In this document: positions 15,929-25,925 of the stretch, piece by piece
Layout: each line of letters opens with the position of its first letter
Position numbering within the stretch: the first letter of the stretch is position 1
Source of the DNA: an uncultured Candidatus Rokubacteria bacterium
GTDB lineage: Bacteria; Methylomirabilota; Methylomirabilia; Rokubacteriales; CSP1-6
Reading direction: 5' to 3'
DNA: 64,000 nucleotides
Assembly: GCA_963758635.1 (NCBI GenBank)
Contig: CAVWWD010000003.1
Coordinates: forward strand, 160,001 to 224,000
The notes under the pieces: model-generated
What the model was told of the DNA's origin: nothing
Databases searched by the model: none
What the model saw: only the letters and a program-made list of their open reading frames with translations
Translations under genes and position numbers: made by a program

Positions 15929-16391
15929 TGGCCAGCCATCCGACGATGGGTCAGGCGGTTCATCGAGCGGGGACGACCTCGACGCGATCGCGCGCGCCGT
16001 GGCGGAGGCCGAGCGCGTGACGTCCGCGGAGATCCGGGTCCATCTCGACCACCGGTGCGCCGGAGACGCGATGGCCCGCGCGATCGAGCTGTTCGGGCGC
16101 TTCGGCATGCACCAAACCGCCCTCCGGAACGGCGTGCTGATCTACATCGCGGTGCAGGACCGGAAGCTCGCCGTCATCGGGGACACCGGCATCCACGAAC
16201 GGGTCGGGGCGGCGTACTGGCAGGGTGTCGTCGACCTGATGATCACGCACCTGCGCGCCGAGCGCCCGCGCGATGGACTGCTCGCCGCCGTGCGCGAGGT
16301 CGGCGAGGCATTGCGCCGGCACTTCCCGCGCGCGTCCGACGACCGGAACGAGCTGTCCGACGAGGTGAGCTTCTCCGACCCGGATCGCTGA
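15928..16391 (+). CDS. Second TPM-domain protein; indels near the N-terminus
   Basis: AEAERVTSAEIRV, RNGVLIY, IGDTGIHERVG, DRNELSD; typical lemA-TPM-TPM cluster. Confidence 0.82.
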
Positions 16392-16468
16392 TGCGGGGCC
16401 GGTGAGCTTCTCCGACCCGGATCGCTGATGCGGGGCCGGTGAGCTTCTCCGACCCGGATCGCTGATGC
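16364..16468 (+). repeat. 37-bp tandem repeat, about 2.8 copies
   Basis: GGTGAGCTTCTCCGACCCGGATCGCTGATGCGGGGCC at 16364, 16401 and 16438 (partial). Confidence 0.95.
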
Positions 16469-16494
16469 CGCGGCCGTGCTATCCTTCCCGCGCC

Positions 16495-17595
16495 ATGACC
16501 AAGCACGAACTCCCGACGCCCGCGCTCCTCGTCGACCTCGATCGCTTCGAGCGGAACGTGCGCAAGATGGCCGACCACGTGAAGGCGGTCGGAAAGAAGA
16601 TCCGGCCGCACGCCAAGACCCACAAGTGCCCGGAAATCGCGCACCGTCAGATCGCGGCGGGCGCCGTGGGTGTCTGCGTCGCCAAGGTCGGCGAGGCGGA
16701 GGCGATGGCCGCCGCCGGCGTGCGGAACCTCCTGATCACGACCGAGGTGGTCGGGTCGGAGAAGATCGGCCGACTCCTGCGCGTGCTCGAGCGCAACCCC
16801 GAGACGCTGGTCGTGGTGGATCACCCCGACAACGTGCAGGACCTGGGCGCCGCCATGGCCCGGGCGGGCCTGGTGCTCAACGTGCTGGTCGACGTGGAGG
16901 TCGGAGGCCGCCGTACCGGCGTCGAGCCGGGCGAGCCCGCGCTCGACCTCGGCCGACACGTGGTGGGCCAGCGTCACCTGAACCTCCGCGGCCTTCAGGG
17001 CTACGCCGGGCACTGCGCGCACGTCGAGGGATGGGAGGCGCGGCGTCGGGCCTCGCACCGATGGATGGGCCGCCTGATGAAGACGCGTGCGCTCTTCGAG
17101 CGGAACGGCCTTCCCGTGGAGATCGTCACCGGAGGGTCGAGCGGCACATTCGACATCGACGTCGAGCTGGAGGGGCTGACCGAGCTCCAGAGCGGATCGT
17201 ACTGCGTGATGGACCTCGACTACCGCCGCATCGGCGGGAGGAACGGCCCGGCCTACGACCAGTTCGAGATGGCGCTGACCGTGCTCACCACGGTGGTGAG
17301 CCGGCCGAGCGCGGAGCTCGCCATCGTCGACGCCGGGTTCAAGTCGTTCTCGACGGACCGGCCGTTCGTTCCCGAGGCGGTCGAGGCTCCCGGGCTCGAG
17401 TACTCATGGGCCGGCGACGAGCACGGGCGGCTGACCATCAAGGACCCCGACCGGGCGCCGCGGCTCGGCGACCACATCGAGTTCTTCCCTCCGCACTGCG
17501 ATCCCACGATCAACCTCTACGACCGCATCTACGCGATGCGCGGGGACACGGTCGAGGCGGTGTGGGAGGTCGCGGGTCGGGGACGCTCGCAGTGA
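16495..17595 (+). CDS. DSD1/D-threonine aldolase family PLP enzyme (alanine racemase fold)
   Basis: LPTPALLVDL, RPHAKTHK, GLQGYAGH, GDEHG, PPHCDPTINL. Confidence 0.9.
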   Translation: MTKHELPTPALLVDLDRFERNVRKMADHVKAVGKKIRPHAKTHKCPEIAHRQIAAGAVGVCVAKVGEAEAMAAAGVRNLLITTEVVGSEKIGRLLRVLERNPETLVVVDHPDNVQDLGAAMARAGLVLNVLVDVEVGGRRTGVEPGEPALDLGRHVVGQRHLNLRGLQGYAGHCAHVEGWEARRRASHRWMGRLMKTRALFERNGLPVEIVTGGSSGTFDIDVELEGLTELQSGSYCVMDLDYRRIGGRNGPAYDQFEMALTVLTTVVSRPSAELAIVDAGFKSFSTDRPFVPEAVEAPGLEYSWAGDEHGRLTIKDPDRAPRLGDHIEFFPPHCDPTINLYDRIYAMRGDTVEAVWEVAGRGRSQ

Positions 17596-17700
17596 CGGGG
17601 CGCTCGCGCCCGGCCGTCGCTCGCGCCTGGCCATAAGGAGCTCCGCGGGGAGGGCCCCCGCGGCGGAGCCGGCCGCCCGCGACGGGGCGTGTCTGTCGGG

Positions 17701-18738
17701 TCAGCTCCGAGCGTCGACCAGGGCATCCGCGTCGACGCCGTCCACTCGGCCGCTGATCTCTTCCACTCGGCCGCCGACTTCGCCCACCGAGGTGCCGAGC
17801 TCCCAGTAGGTCTGGAACACCTCCCACACCTCGTCGGCGCTTCGCGCCTGGAAGATCGTCGCCCGGCAGTCCGTGGCCCGCTCGAGCCCCTCCGTGTACC
17901 AGGCCAGGTGCTTCTTCATCTGGATCAGCGAGTACTTCTCGGAGAAGTGGCCCCGGATGAGCTCGCAGTGCCGGGCGATGACCCGCGCCCGGTACTCACG
18001 GCGCGCCGGCCCGGGGAGGGCCTCGAAGCCCTCGTCGAACACCCAGGGCCGCCCGAGGGCGCCGCGGCCGATCATCACGGACCGGCAGCCCGTCTCCGCC
18101 ACCATGCGCCGGGCATCGGCCATCGACCGCACGTCGCCGTTGCCGGTCACGGGGACGCGGACGGCGGCCACGACGTCGCCGATCACGTCCCACGGCGCGC
18201 GCCCGGAGTGCCGCTGGGCGCGCGTGCGCGGGTGCACGGTGATCGCGTCCACGCCCTCGCTCTCGGCCATGCGGGCGACCTCGACGGCGTTGACGTGCTC
18301 GTCGTCCCAGCCGCTCCGGATCTTCACGGTGAGCGGCACGGAGATCGCCGCGCGCATGGCGCGCAGGATGCGAGCCGTCGCGGGCACGTCGCGCATCAGC
18401 GCCGCGCCCTTCCCCTTGCCCGTGATCTTCGGCATCGGGCAGCCCATGTTCAGGTCGACGATGTCGGCCCCGAGCCGCTCGAGCTTCGCCGCCGCCCGCA
18501 CCAGGATGTCCGGGTCCTTGCCGAGGAGCTGCATCGCCAGCGGCCGCTCCTCGGGATAGTAGGCGGCGATGGCGTCGGCGTGGGGCGTGTTCATGAGCAG
18601 CGCGGCGGCGTCCATCTCCTCGGTGGTGGTGAGCCCGCTGCCGCACTCCCGCGCCACCAGGCGGAAGGGCGCGTTCGTCGCGCCCGCCATCGGGGCCAGG
18701 CGCGCCAGCGTCGGGATGTCGACGGAGCCGATCCGCAT
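17701..18738 (-). CDS. dusB: tRNA-dihydrouridine synthase (DusB-like)
   Basis: LAPMAG, DLNMGCP, VKIRSGWD, HPRTRAQ, GNGDV, MIGRGALGRPW. Confidence 0.88.
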   Translation of the reverse strand: MRIGSVDIPTLARLAPMAGATNAPFRLVARECGSGLTTTEEMDAAALLMNTPHADAIAAYYPEERPLAMQLLGKDPDILVRAAAKLERLGADIVDLNMGCPMPKITGKGKGAALMRDVPATARILRAMRAAISVPLTVKIRSGWDDEHVNAVEVARMAESEGVDAITVHPRTRAQRHSGRAPWDVIGDVVAAVRVPVTGNGDVRSMADARRMVAETGCRSVMIGRGALGRPWVFDEGFEALPGPARREYRARVIARHCELIRGHFSEKYSLIQMKKHLAWYTEGLERATDCRATIFQARSADEVWEVFQTYWELGTSVGEVGGRVEEISGRVDGVDADALVDARS

Positions 18739-18822
18739 GGATTCGCTCGGGAGCGGGGTCACGCGCGCGGCCGGACCGGTGGGCCGGGCCGCGCGCGCGG
18801 CGTCAGAGGCGCCCGCCCGTCC

Positions 18823-20361
18823 TCATCGGAGGACGACCTTCGCCTCGTACATCCACACCTTCTCGTCCGCGCGGGGCGTCCACTCGATCCAGCTCGCCAC
18901 CCCGTACAGGTCGTGCTGCTGCCAGAGGAACACCCAGGGCGCCTCGGCGTGGACCAGCCGCTGCAGCTCGGCCCACGCATCGAGCCGCTTCTTGGCGTCC
19001 ACGATCGTCACCGCCTGCGCGATCTTGTCCTCGATGGCCTTGTTGCCGCCGTACGAGGAATACGTGGGCTTGGCCTGGAAGAGCTGCTCGATGGTGCCCT
19101 GGGCCTCGAGCGCCGGCCCCCAGCCCAGGAAGAACATGTCGCCGGTGGTCCGGTTCTTGATCTTGTCCAGGTGCGTGCCCCACTCGTTCACCACCACGTT
19201 GACCTTGATGCCCAGCCGCTGGAGCTGCGCGGCGATGGCGAGCGACACGTCCTTGTCGAGCGGGTAGCGCCCGGACGGCGAGTCGAGCGTCAGCTGGAGC
19301 TTGGTGGGATCGACGCCCGCTTCCTTGAAGAGCGCCGTGGCCCGCGCGGGATCGTGCTTGTAGCACTCGATGCCGGCGACGTAGTCGACGTTGAGCGGCG
19401 ACAGCGACCCGCACATCTTGCTCGCCCGGCCCTTCAGCACCTGCTGGATCAGCTCGTCCACGTTGACCGCGTGATTGATCGCCTTCCGCACCCGGAGGTC
19501 CTGCATGGGGCCGGGCTTGAGGTTGACGAGGGCCAGGTAGTTGATGCGTGACGACACCGTGGAGCGGAGCCGCGCCTTGCCGCTCTTGTCCACCATCTCC
19601 ACCGCGTGCGGCGGCACGTCCTTCATGATGTCGATCTCACCGGCGAGGAGCGCGGCGAGGCGGGCGCTGAACTCCGGGATGTAGCGGAACGTGACGCGGT
19701 TCAGGTCGGCGGCGCCCTTCCAGTAATCGGGGTTCTTCTCGAGCACGAGCCGCTCGTCGCGCGCCCACTGCACGAACTTGAACGGACCGGTGCCCGTGGG
19801 CTTCGTCACCAGCGCCTGCACGCCCTGCTCCTTCAGCATCTTCGGGGGCATGGGCAGGAAGTCGGTGGCGGCCATGCGATCGATAAGGCCGGGCCAGGGC
19901 TTCTCGGTGACGAAGCGCACCGTGTAGTCGTTGACGACCAGGACCTCCTTCACCTGCGCCCAGCGCGGCTGGTAGTGCGTCTTGTTCGCGGGATCGTTGA
20001 TGTAGTCCATCGTGGCCTTCACCGAGGCCGCGTTGAACGGCTCGCCGTTGTGGAACTTCACGCCCTGCCGCAGCGTGAACTCCCACGTGGTGTCGTTCAC
20101 CACCTTCCAGCCGGTGGCGAGCATGGGCGCCGGCTTGTAGCTCTTGGGATCGCGATCGACCAGACGGTCGTAGATGTGCTCGAGCTGGTTGTTGGTCGTC
20201 CAGTCCACGATCGTGTTGGGCAGGATCGACCGCGGCTCGGCCGCGAACGCCACGATCACTTCCTTGGCCCGCGAGCGATCCTGGGCCACGGCGGGGCCCA
20301 GCGGCTGAAGCGCCAGGGCCAGGGTCAGCAGGGCCAGCGCCAGGTGTCGGATCACGGGCAT
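18823..20361 (-). CDS. Peptide/nickel ABC transporter substrate-binding protein (family 5)
   Basis: Signal peptide, LRQGVKFHNGEPF, PTGTGPFKF, NPDYW; GAGGAG SD before ATG 20361. Confidence 0.93.
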   Translation of the reverse strand: MPVIRHLALALLTLALALQPLGPAVAQDRSRAKEVIVAFAAEPRSILPNTIVDWTTNNQLEHIYDRLVDRDPKSYKPAPMLATGWKVVNDTTWEFTLRQGVKFHNGEPFNAASVKATMDYINDPANKTHYQPRWAQVKEVLVVNDYTVRFVTEKPWPGLIDRMAATDFLPMPPKMLKEQGVQALVTKPTGTGPFKFVQWARDERLVLEKNPDYWKGAADLNRVTFRYIPEFSARLAALLAGEIDIMKDVPPHAVEMVDKSGKARLRSTVSSRINYLALVNLKPGPMQDLRVRKAINHAVNVDELIQQVLKGRASKMCGSLSPLNVDYVAGIECYKHDPARATALFKEAGVDPTKLQLTLDSPSGRYPLDKDVSLAIAAQLQRLGIKVNVVVNEWGTHLDKIKNRTTGDMFFLGWGPALEAQGTIEQLFQAKPTYSSYGGNKAIEDKIAQAVTIVDAKKRLDAWAELQRLVHAEAPWVFLWQQHDLYGVASWIEWTPRADEKVWMYEAKVVLR

Positions 20362-20500
20362 GGATCGCTCCTCCTCGTGGGGTCGGAATCGCGGCCGGAC
20401 GTTCTCGGACGAGTGAGCAGGATACACGAGGGCGCCGCGCCTGACAAATTGGCGCCGGGACTGCGTCTTTTGCCGAATGGCCAGGGCGGTGAGACGGCGG

Positions 20501-21328
20501 TCAGACGCGGAACTTCGGGTCGAGGACGTCGCGGAGCCAGTCGCCGAGCAGGTTGACGCCGAGCGCGGTGAGCGCCAGCGCGGCCCCGGGGAAGGCGGCC
20601 AGCCACCACGCCACGTAGAGGAAGTCGCGGCTCTCCGACAACATGCTGCCCCACGCCGGAGTCGGCGGCTGCACCCCGAAGCCCAGGAACGAGATGGCCG
20701 CCTCCGCCACCACGAACTGCGAGAACTGGAGGCTCGCCAGGATGATCACCGACGGAGCCACGTTGGGCAGGACGTGACGGAACAGGAGCCGCCCGCGGCC
20801 CACCCCCAGCGCCTGCGCGGCCTGGACGAACTCGCGCTGCCGCACCGACAGGACCTGCCCGCGCACGACCCGCGCGTAGACGACCCAGCCCGCCGCGGAC
20901 AGGCTGATGATGATGTTGCGGAGCCCGAGCCCCACGATGGCGTTGATGGTGAGCGCGAGGAGGATGAACGGGAAGGACAGCTGCACGTCGGCCACGCGCA
21001 TGAGCACGCTGCCCGGCCATCCGCCGAAGAAGCCGGCGAAGAGCCCGACCAGGCCGCCCACCACCGCGGTCACGATCACCGTGCAGAACCCGATGAAGAG
21101 CGCGATCCGCGCGCCGTAGAGCACGCGCGACAGGAGGTCGCGGCCGAGCTGGTCCGTCCCGAGCGGGTGCCCGGGCGTGCCGGGGGGCTTCAGGCTCGCC
21201 GCGAAGTCGCTGGCCACGGGATCGTGCGGCGCGAGGACGGGGGCGGCGATCGCCGCGGCCAGCGCCGCGACGGCGAGGACGAGGCCGAGGACCCCGAGCG
21301 GGTGGCGCCGAAGCGCGCCCGGCCTCAC
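20501..21328 (-). CDS. Peptide ABC permease (OppC/DppC-like)
   Basis: HPLGTDQLGRD, EFVQAAQALG, EAAISFLGFG. Confidence 0.92.
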   Translation of the reverse strand: MRPGALRRHPLGVLGLVLAVAALAAAIAAPVLAPHDPVASDFAASLKPPGTPGHPLGTDQLGRDLLSRVLYGARIALFIGFCTVIVTAVVGGLVGLFAGFFGGWPGSVLMRVADVQLSFPFILLALTINAIVGLGLRNIIISLSAAGWVVYARVVRGQVLSVRQREFVQAAQALGVGRGRLLFRHVLPNVAPSVIILASLQFSQFVVAEAAISFLGFGVQPPTPAWGSMLSESRDFLYVAWWLAAFPGAALALTALGVNLLGDWLRDVLDPKFRV

Positions 21329-22251
21329 GCCCCCGCCTCCCGCCGCGTCCGCGGATCGAGCCAGCCGTAGAGAAGATCCACGAGGAGGTTGATCAGCGTG
21401 TAGGTGAGGGAGATGACGAACACCGCGGCGAGCACCACCGGGAAGTCGCGGTTCAGGAGGGCCTGGACGGTCAGCCTCCCCAGCCCCGGCCAGGCGAAGA
21501 TCGTCTCGGTGATGACGGCGCCGCCCAGGAGCTGCCCGGTCTCGAGCCCGGCCAGCGTCACGATGGGAATGGCCGAGTTCTTCAGCGTGTGCTTGGCGAT
21601 CACCACCCGCTCGGCGAGTCCCTTGGCGCGGGCGGTGAGGATGTAGTCCTCGCCCATCGTCTCGAGCACCGACGAGCGGGTCAGCCGCGCCATGCGCGCG
21701 GCGAAGAACGCGGCGAGCACGATGGACGGCATCACGTAGTGCGCCACCCCGCCCGTCCCGCCGGTGGGAAGCCACCCGAGCCGCACCGAGAACACGTAGA
21801 TGAGCATGAGCCCCAGCCAGAAGCCCGGCACGGCCTGCCCGAGCACGGCTCCGCCCATCCCCAGGGAATCGAGCACCGACCCGCGGCGCGTCGCCGACAT
21901 CACGCCCACGGGAATGGCGACGCAGAAGGTCAGCGCGAGCGCGGTGCCCGCCAGCGCGAGAGTCGCGGGCAGGCGCTGGAGGACGAGGCCCAGCGCGTCC
22001 TGCTTGTAGCGGAGCGACTGGCCGAAGTCGCCGCGGGCGGCCGCGGCCACGAAGCGGCCGTACTGCACGGGGAGGGGATCGTTGAAGCCGAGGCGTTGGC
22101 GGAACTCGTTCAGGTCCTTGGTCTGGATGTCCATCGGCAGGAAGAGCAACACGGGATCGCCGCCGAGACGCACGAGGAAGAACACGGCGGTGAGCGAGAG
22201 GAAGACCACCAGCACGGTCTGGGCGATTCGGGAGACGAGGTACGCGCGCAC
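21325..22251 (-). CDS. Peptide ABC permease (OppB/DppB-like)
   Basis: GDFGQS, EDYILTARAKG, GAVITETIFAWPGLG. Confidence 0.93.
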   Translation of the reverse strand: MRAYLVSRIAQTVLVVFLSLTAVFFLVRLGGDPVLLFLPMDIQTKDLNEFRQRLGFNDPLPVQYGRFVAAAARGDFGQSLRYKQDALGLVLQRLPATLALAGTALALTFCVAIPVGVMSATRRGSVLDSLGMGGAVLGQAVPGFWLGLMLIYVFSVRLGWLPTGGTGGVAHYVMPSIVLAAFFAARMARLTRSSVLETMGEDYILTARAKGLAERVVIAKHTLKNSAIPIVTLAGLETGQLLGGAVITETIFAWPGLGRLTVQALLNRDFPVVLAAVFVISLTYTLINLLVDLLYGWLDPRTRREAGA

Positions 22252-22267
22252 CGGACGAGTCTACCCG

Positions 22268-22337
22268 AGGTGCGGGCACCCGGGCTTCGCCCGCCCGATC
22301 ACCAGGTGCGGGCACCCGGGCTTCGCCCGCCCGCACC
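22268..22337. repeat. Duplicated REP-like palindromic element (30-bp unit, 36-bp period)
   Basis: AGGTGCGGGCACCCGGGCTTCGCCCGCCCG at 22268 and 22304; CGGGC-TTC-GCCCG hairpin. Confidence 0.8.
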
Positions 22338-22385
22338 GTGCGCCAATGGCGAGGGCGGGAGGTCGGAGGCGGGGGTTGGTCCCGG

Positions 22386-22919
22386 TCAGCCCACGAGCTT
22401 GTAGTAGATCGCCGTCGCGTGGAGGCTGCCGTCCGCGCTCTGCGCGTAGCGCGGCACGGCGCCCACGAAGGTCCAGCCGAGCTGGCGATAGAGCGACTCC
22501 GACGGGTCGCCCTGGCGCGTGTCGAGGACGAGGGTGCTCAGCCCGCGCTGCCGGGCTTCCGCCTCCACCGCCTGCATGAGGGCCCGGCCGATGCCGTGCC
22601 GCCGCGCCGCGCGGTGCACCATGAGGCGGATGACCTCGGCGCGATGGCGGCCGTTGGCCCGGGTCGCGAGGTCGAGCTGCACCGAGCCCACGAGCAGGTC
22701 GCCGGCGCCCCACGACCCCAGGAGGACGCGCGATCCGTCGTCGAGGGCGCCGCGCACCGTGTCCCAGTAGGCGCCGGCCTCGTCGGCCCCGAGCGGGGGG
22801 AGGAAGCCGATGGAGGCGCCGCTGTCGACGGCGTCGCACAGGAGCGCGGCCAGCTCGCCGCGATGGCGCGCCACGCCGCCGGCGTCGAGCCCCTTGATCC
22901 TGACCGCGGCCGGCGTCAG
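22386..22919 (-). CDS. GNAT acetyltransferase (start uncertain)
   Basis: DAVDSGASIGFL, NGRHRAEV, RRHGIGRALM, LVLDT..GDPSE.LY. Confidence 0.85.
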   Translation of the reverse strand: MTPAAVRIKGLDAGGVARHRGELAALLCDAVDSGASIGFLPPLGADEAGAYWDTVRGALDDGSRVLLGSWGAGDLLVGSVQLDLATRANGRHRAEVIRLMVHRAARRHGIGRALMQAVEAEARQRGLSTLVLDTRQGDPSESLYRQLGWTFVGAVPRYAQSADGSLHATAIYYKLVG

Positions 22920-23419
22920 GGCCGGAACTCCTGGTCGAGGATCTCGGTGATGAACCGGTCGATCGACACCGGATAGAAGCGCACGTCGGGGGCGAGGATC
23001 ACGCCGGTGTCGATGAGCTCCCGCTGCGCGAGCTCGTCGAGGGCGCGCTCCACCTGGGCCTGCGGGTCGCGGTCCCACCGCTGGATCCGGAGGTCCTCGC
23101 TCTCGAGCGTCACCTGGTGGCGCGGTGAGTAGGCGAACGTGAAGAGGCGGGCGACCAGGGTCTGGTCCATCAGGTCGGGGTCCTTGAAGAGGTCTCCGTA
23201 CGTCTGGGTCGCTCGGCCCGGCGCCAGGACCAGCCGTGGCGACACCTTGATGCGGCCCCGGATCTCCACCGAGCTGCCCGGCCGCGACTCCTGCGGCCCC
23301 ACCAGGATGTACGGCAGCATGTGATACCCGGCGATGATCCCGGTCATCGGCTTGCGCAGGATCTCGGTGGTGTCGAAGAGATGCTTGAGCAACTCGGGGT
23401 CGTGCGGCTCGTCGAACAC
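22916..23419 (-). CDS. Hypothetical protein
   Basis: Protein-like ORF with GC3-rich codons inside the operon; GTG start after GGGGGA. Confidence 0.7.
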   Translation of the reverse strand: MFDEPHDPELLKHLFDTTEILRKPMTGIIAGYHMLPYILVGPQESRPGSSVEIRGRIKVSPRLVLAPGRATQTYGDLFKDPDLMDQTLVARLFTFAYSPRHQVTLESEDLRIQRWDRDPQAQVERALDELAQRELIDTGVILAPDVRFYPVSIDRFITEILDQEFRP

Positions 23420-23424
23420 CGTGG

Positions 23425-23982
23425 CTATCCCCCGTACACCGACACTTCCATGCAGTCGAAGCCCAGGTCGTGCTCCCGGCTGTCGTAGCGGCCCGAGCCG
23501 CGGACGTGCGCGAGATACGGGCGCACCTCGCGCCGGAACACGCCGGTGTTGTCCGCGACCACGAGAGCGCCGCGGGTCAGCCGCGGCTCCACCGCGCGCA
23601 GGTAGTCGAGGTAGTCGTCCTTCTTCGCATCGAGCAGCAGCAGGTCCACCGGGCCACGCAGGAGCGGCAGGGCGCGCAGCGCGTCGCCCGTGACCACCCG
23701 CACGCGGCCTTTGAGCCCCGCGCGCGCGACGTTGGCCTCCACGAGCTGGGCGAGGAAGCCGTTCTCCTCGATGCACAGGAGCCGCGCGCCCCGCGGCATC
23801 GCGCCGGCCAGCAGGATCGCCGAGTACCCGAAGAGGCTGCCCACCTCGATGCCGTGGGACGGCGCGTGCTTGTCGATAAGCCGGCGCAGGATGCGTCCCT
23901 TCTCCTTGCCGATCACCGGGATGCTCCACAGCGCGACAGCGCGGTCCATCGCGCGCAGCATCCGCGCGGCGGCTGCCGTCAT
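23425..23982 (-). CDS. SAM-dependent O-methyltransferase
   Basis: IEVGSLFGYS, LDAKKDDYL, VADN. Confidence 0.85.
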   Translation of the reverse strand: MTAAAARMLRAMDRAVALWSIPVIGKEKGRILRRLIDKHAPSHGIEVGSLFGYSAILLAGAMPRGARLLCIEENGFLAQLVEANVARAGLKGRVRVVTGDALRALPLLRGPVDLLLLDAKKDDYLDYLRAVEPRLTRGALVVADNTGVFRREVRPYLAHVRGSGRYDSREHDLGFDCMEVSVYGG

Positions 23983-24929
23983 CGTGCGGGCAGCTTGGCG
24001 AGCACCCCGTCGGGCACCGGGTACTTCCGGTTCCACGGGCCCGCCTTCGCGATCTGACCGGGCAGCGTCCGGCCGATGATCTCCTGCACGCGCCGGGAGG
24101 TCGCGACGAGCGCGTCCAGGTCCACGCCGGTCTCCACGCCCATGGCGTGCAGGCAGTGCACGAGGTCCTCGGTGCAGACGTTGCCCGAGGCCCCCGGCGC
24201 GTACGGGCAGCCGCCGAGGCCGCCGATCGACGAGTCGATGTGGGTCACGCCCATCTCCATCGCCGCGATGATGTTCGGGATGGCCATCGCGCGCGTGTCG
24301 TGCGTGTGCAGCGTCCACTCGACCCCCGGGAAGCGGGGCACGAGGCGCTCGAGGACCCGCTGGACCTGCACGGGGTTCGCCATGCCGGTCGTGTCGGCGA
24401 GCCCGATGCCGCGGGCGCCCATGTCCACCAGCGCCCCGACCACCCGCTCCAGCTGGGCCAGGGGCACCTCGGTCTCGAACGGGCAGCCGAACGTGCACGA
24501 GATGCCGGAGTAGACCGGCTTGCCGGCGCGCCGCGCCACCTCCATCACCGCACGGAGCTTCGTGAGCGACTCGTCCACGGTCATGTTCACGTTGGCCAGG
24601 TTGTGGCTCTCGCTCGCCGACAGCACGGTGTGGATCACGTCCACGCCCGCGTCCACCGCGCGCACCGCGCCCTTGTCGTTGGGGACGAGGGCGGCGTAGA
24701 CGGTGCCCGGCCGGCGCTTGATCTGCGCCATCACCGCCTCGGCGTCCTTCAGGGCAGGAATGGCCTTGGGCGAGACGAACGAGGTGACCTCGATCTTGGG
24801 CACGCCCGTCGCGGAGAGGCGATCCACGACCTCGACCTTGACCTCGGTGGGGATCCAGTCCGGCTCGATCTGGAACCCGTCTCGCGTTCCCACCTCGCAG
24901 ATGTCCACGCGCTTCGGCAGCTTCATCAT
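23979..24929 (-). CDS. Hydroxymethylglutaryl-CoA lyase family protein
   Basis: EVGTRDGFQ, LADTTG, HTHDTR, GGLGGCPYAPGASGNVCTED. Confidence 0.92.
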   Translation of the reverse strand: MMKLPKRVDICEVGTRDGFQIEPDWIPTEVKVEVVDRLSATGVPKIEVTSFVSPKAIPALKDAEAVMAQIKRRPGTVYAALVPNDKGAVRAVDAGVDVIHTVLSASESHNLANVNMTVDESLTKLRAVMEVARRAGKPVYSGISCTFGCPFETEVPLAQLERVVGALVDMGARGIGLADTTGMANPVQVQRVLERLVPRFPGVEWTLHTHDTRAMAIPNIIAAMEMGVTHIDSSIGGLGGCPYAPGASGNVCTEDLVHCLHAMGVETGVDLDALVATSRRVQEIIGRTLPGQIAKAGPWNRKYPVPDGVLAKLPAR

Positions 24930-25885
24930 CGCTCTCCTGTCGCGTCCGGGGCCTCGAACGTGAAAGTGCTGCCCACCGAGCTCACGACGACCTCGGCGGG
25001 GAAGTGACGGTGGAGCGCGACCATGGCCTCCATCCCCGTGCAGTGCTGGGGAACGATGTGCTCGACCTGGAGGGCGCGGAACTCGTCCACCACCTGCTCG
25101 ATGCGCTCGCCCGCGAGCCCCGAGAGGTGGAACCCTCCGATCACCGCGTGCACGCGCGGCACCCCGGTGACCCGCGTGGCGTGCCGGCAGATGCCCACGA
25201 TGCCCCGGTGCGAGCACGACGTGACGACGACCAGCCCGCGGTCCCGCACGTTCACGAACATGCTCTGCTCGCCGATGAACGTGTCCTGGATCACCGCGCC
25301 GTCCCGCTCCACGCGGAGCGACGGCGGGATCACCTCGAACGGCATCGTCTCCGGCATCTCGCCGCTCAGCATGACCGCGTCGGCGACGACGGTGGGCGAC
25401 TGGACCACGCGGATGTCGAGGCCCTGGCGGCCGAGGTCCTCGCGGTCGAGCCGCCCGATGTAGACGCGGTCGCCGTGGCGCTCGTTGTAGCGCGGCAGGA
25501 AGTGGTCCTGGCCCGCGTAGAGCGGCACCGCGGGGGCGAGGGCGGGCCGGCAGGCGCGGAGGAAGCCGGGGAGCCCGCCCCAGTGGTCCTGGTGCCCGTG
25601 CGACAGCACGAGGGCATCCAGGCCGGCGGGATCGAGGCCGAGCTCGCGCAGGTTGTGGACGTAGGAGGCGTCGGTCAGCCCCCAGTCGAAGGAGAGGCGA
25701 CGGGTCTCGCGGCCGCGGGTCACCTCCACCCAGTGGGCCAGCCCGTGCTCGGCGCGCAGCGTGGGCATCTTCCGGGCGCGCGCGTGGGTGAAGCGGCGCG
25801 CCACCTTCTCGTCGGCGCGCAGGCTGTCGATGGAGTTGTCGACCACCGTGGTGATGCTGACGCGGTCGACCTCGGGGATGGGCAT
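24926..25885 (-). CDS. MBL-fold metallo-hydrolase (MJ0448-like)
   Basis: AEHGL, LSHGHQDHWGG, CSHRG, GGFHL, PQHCTG. Confidence 0.85.
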   Translation of the reverse strand: MPIPEVDRVSITTVVDNSIDSLRADEKVARRFTHARARKMPTLRAEHGLAHWVEVTRGRETRRLSFDWGLTDASYVHNLRELGLDPAGLDALVLSHGHQDHWGGLPGFLRACRPALAPAVPLYAGQDHFLPRYNERHGDRVYIGRLDREDLGRQGLDIRVVQSPTVVADAVMLSGEMPETMPFEVIPPSLRVERDGAVIQDTFIGEQSMFVNVRDRGLVVVTSCSHRGIVGICRHATRVTGVPRVHAVIGGFHLSGLAGERIEQVVDEFRALQVEHIVPQHCTGMEAMVALHRHFPAEVVVSSVGSTFTFEAPDATGER

Positions 25886-25925
25886 CGTGGGCCTCAGGCT
25901 ATCACGGGGACGGGCGCCGCCCGCC

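Noticed and set aside
16364..16468. 37-bp repeats as a CRISPR array
   Set aside because: The units are contiguous with no spacers, overlap a gene end, and no cas genes are present in the window.
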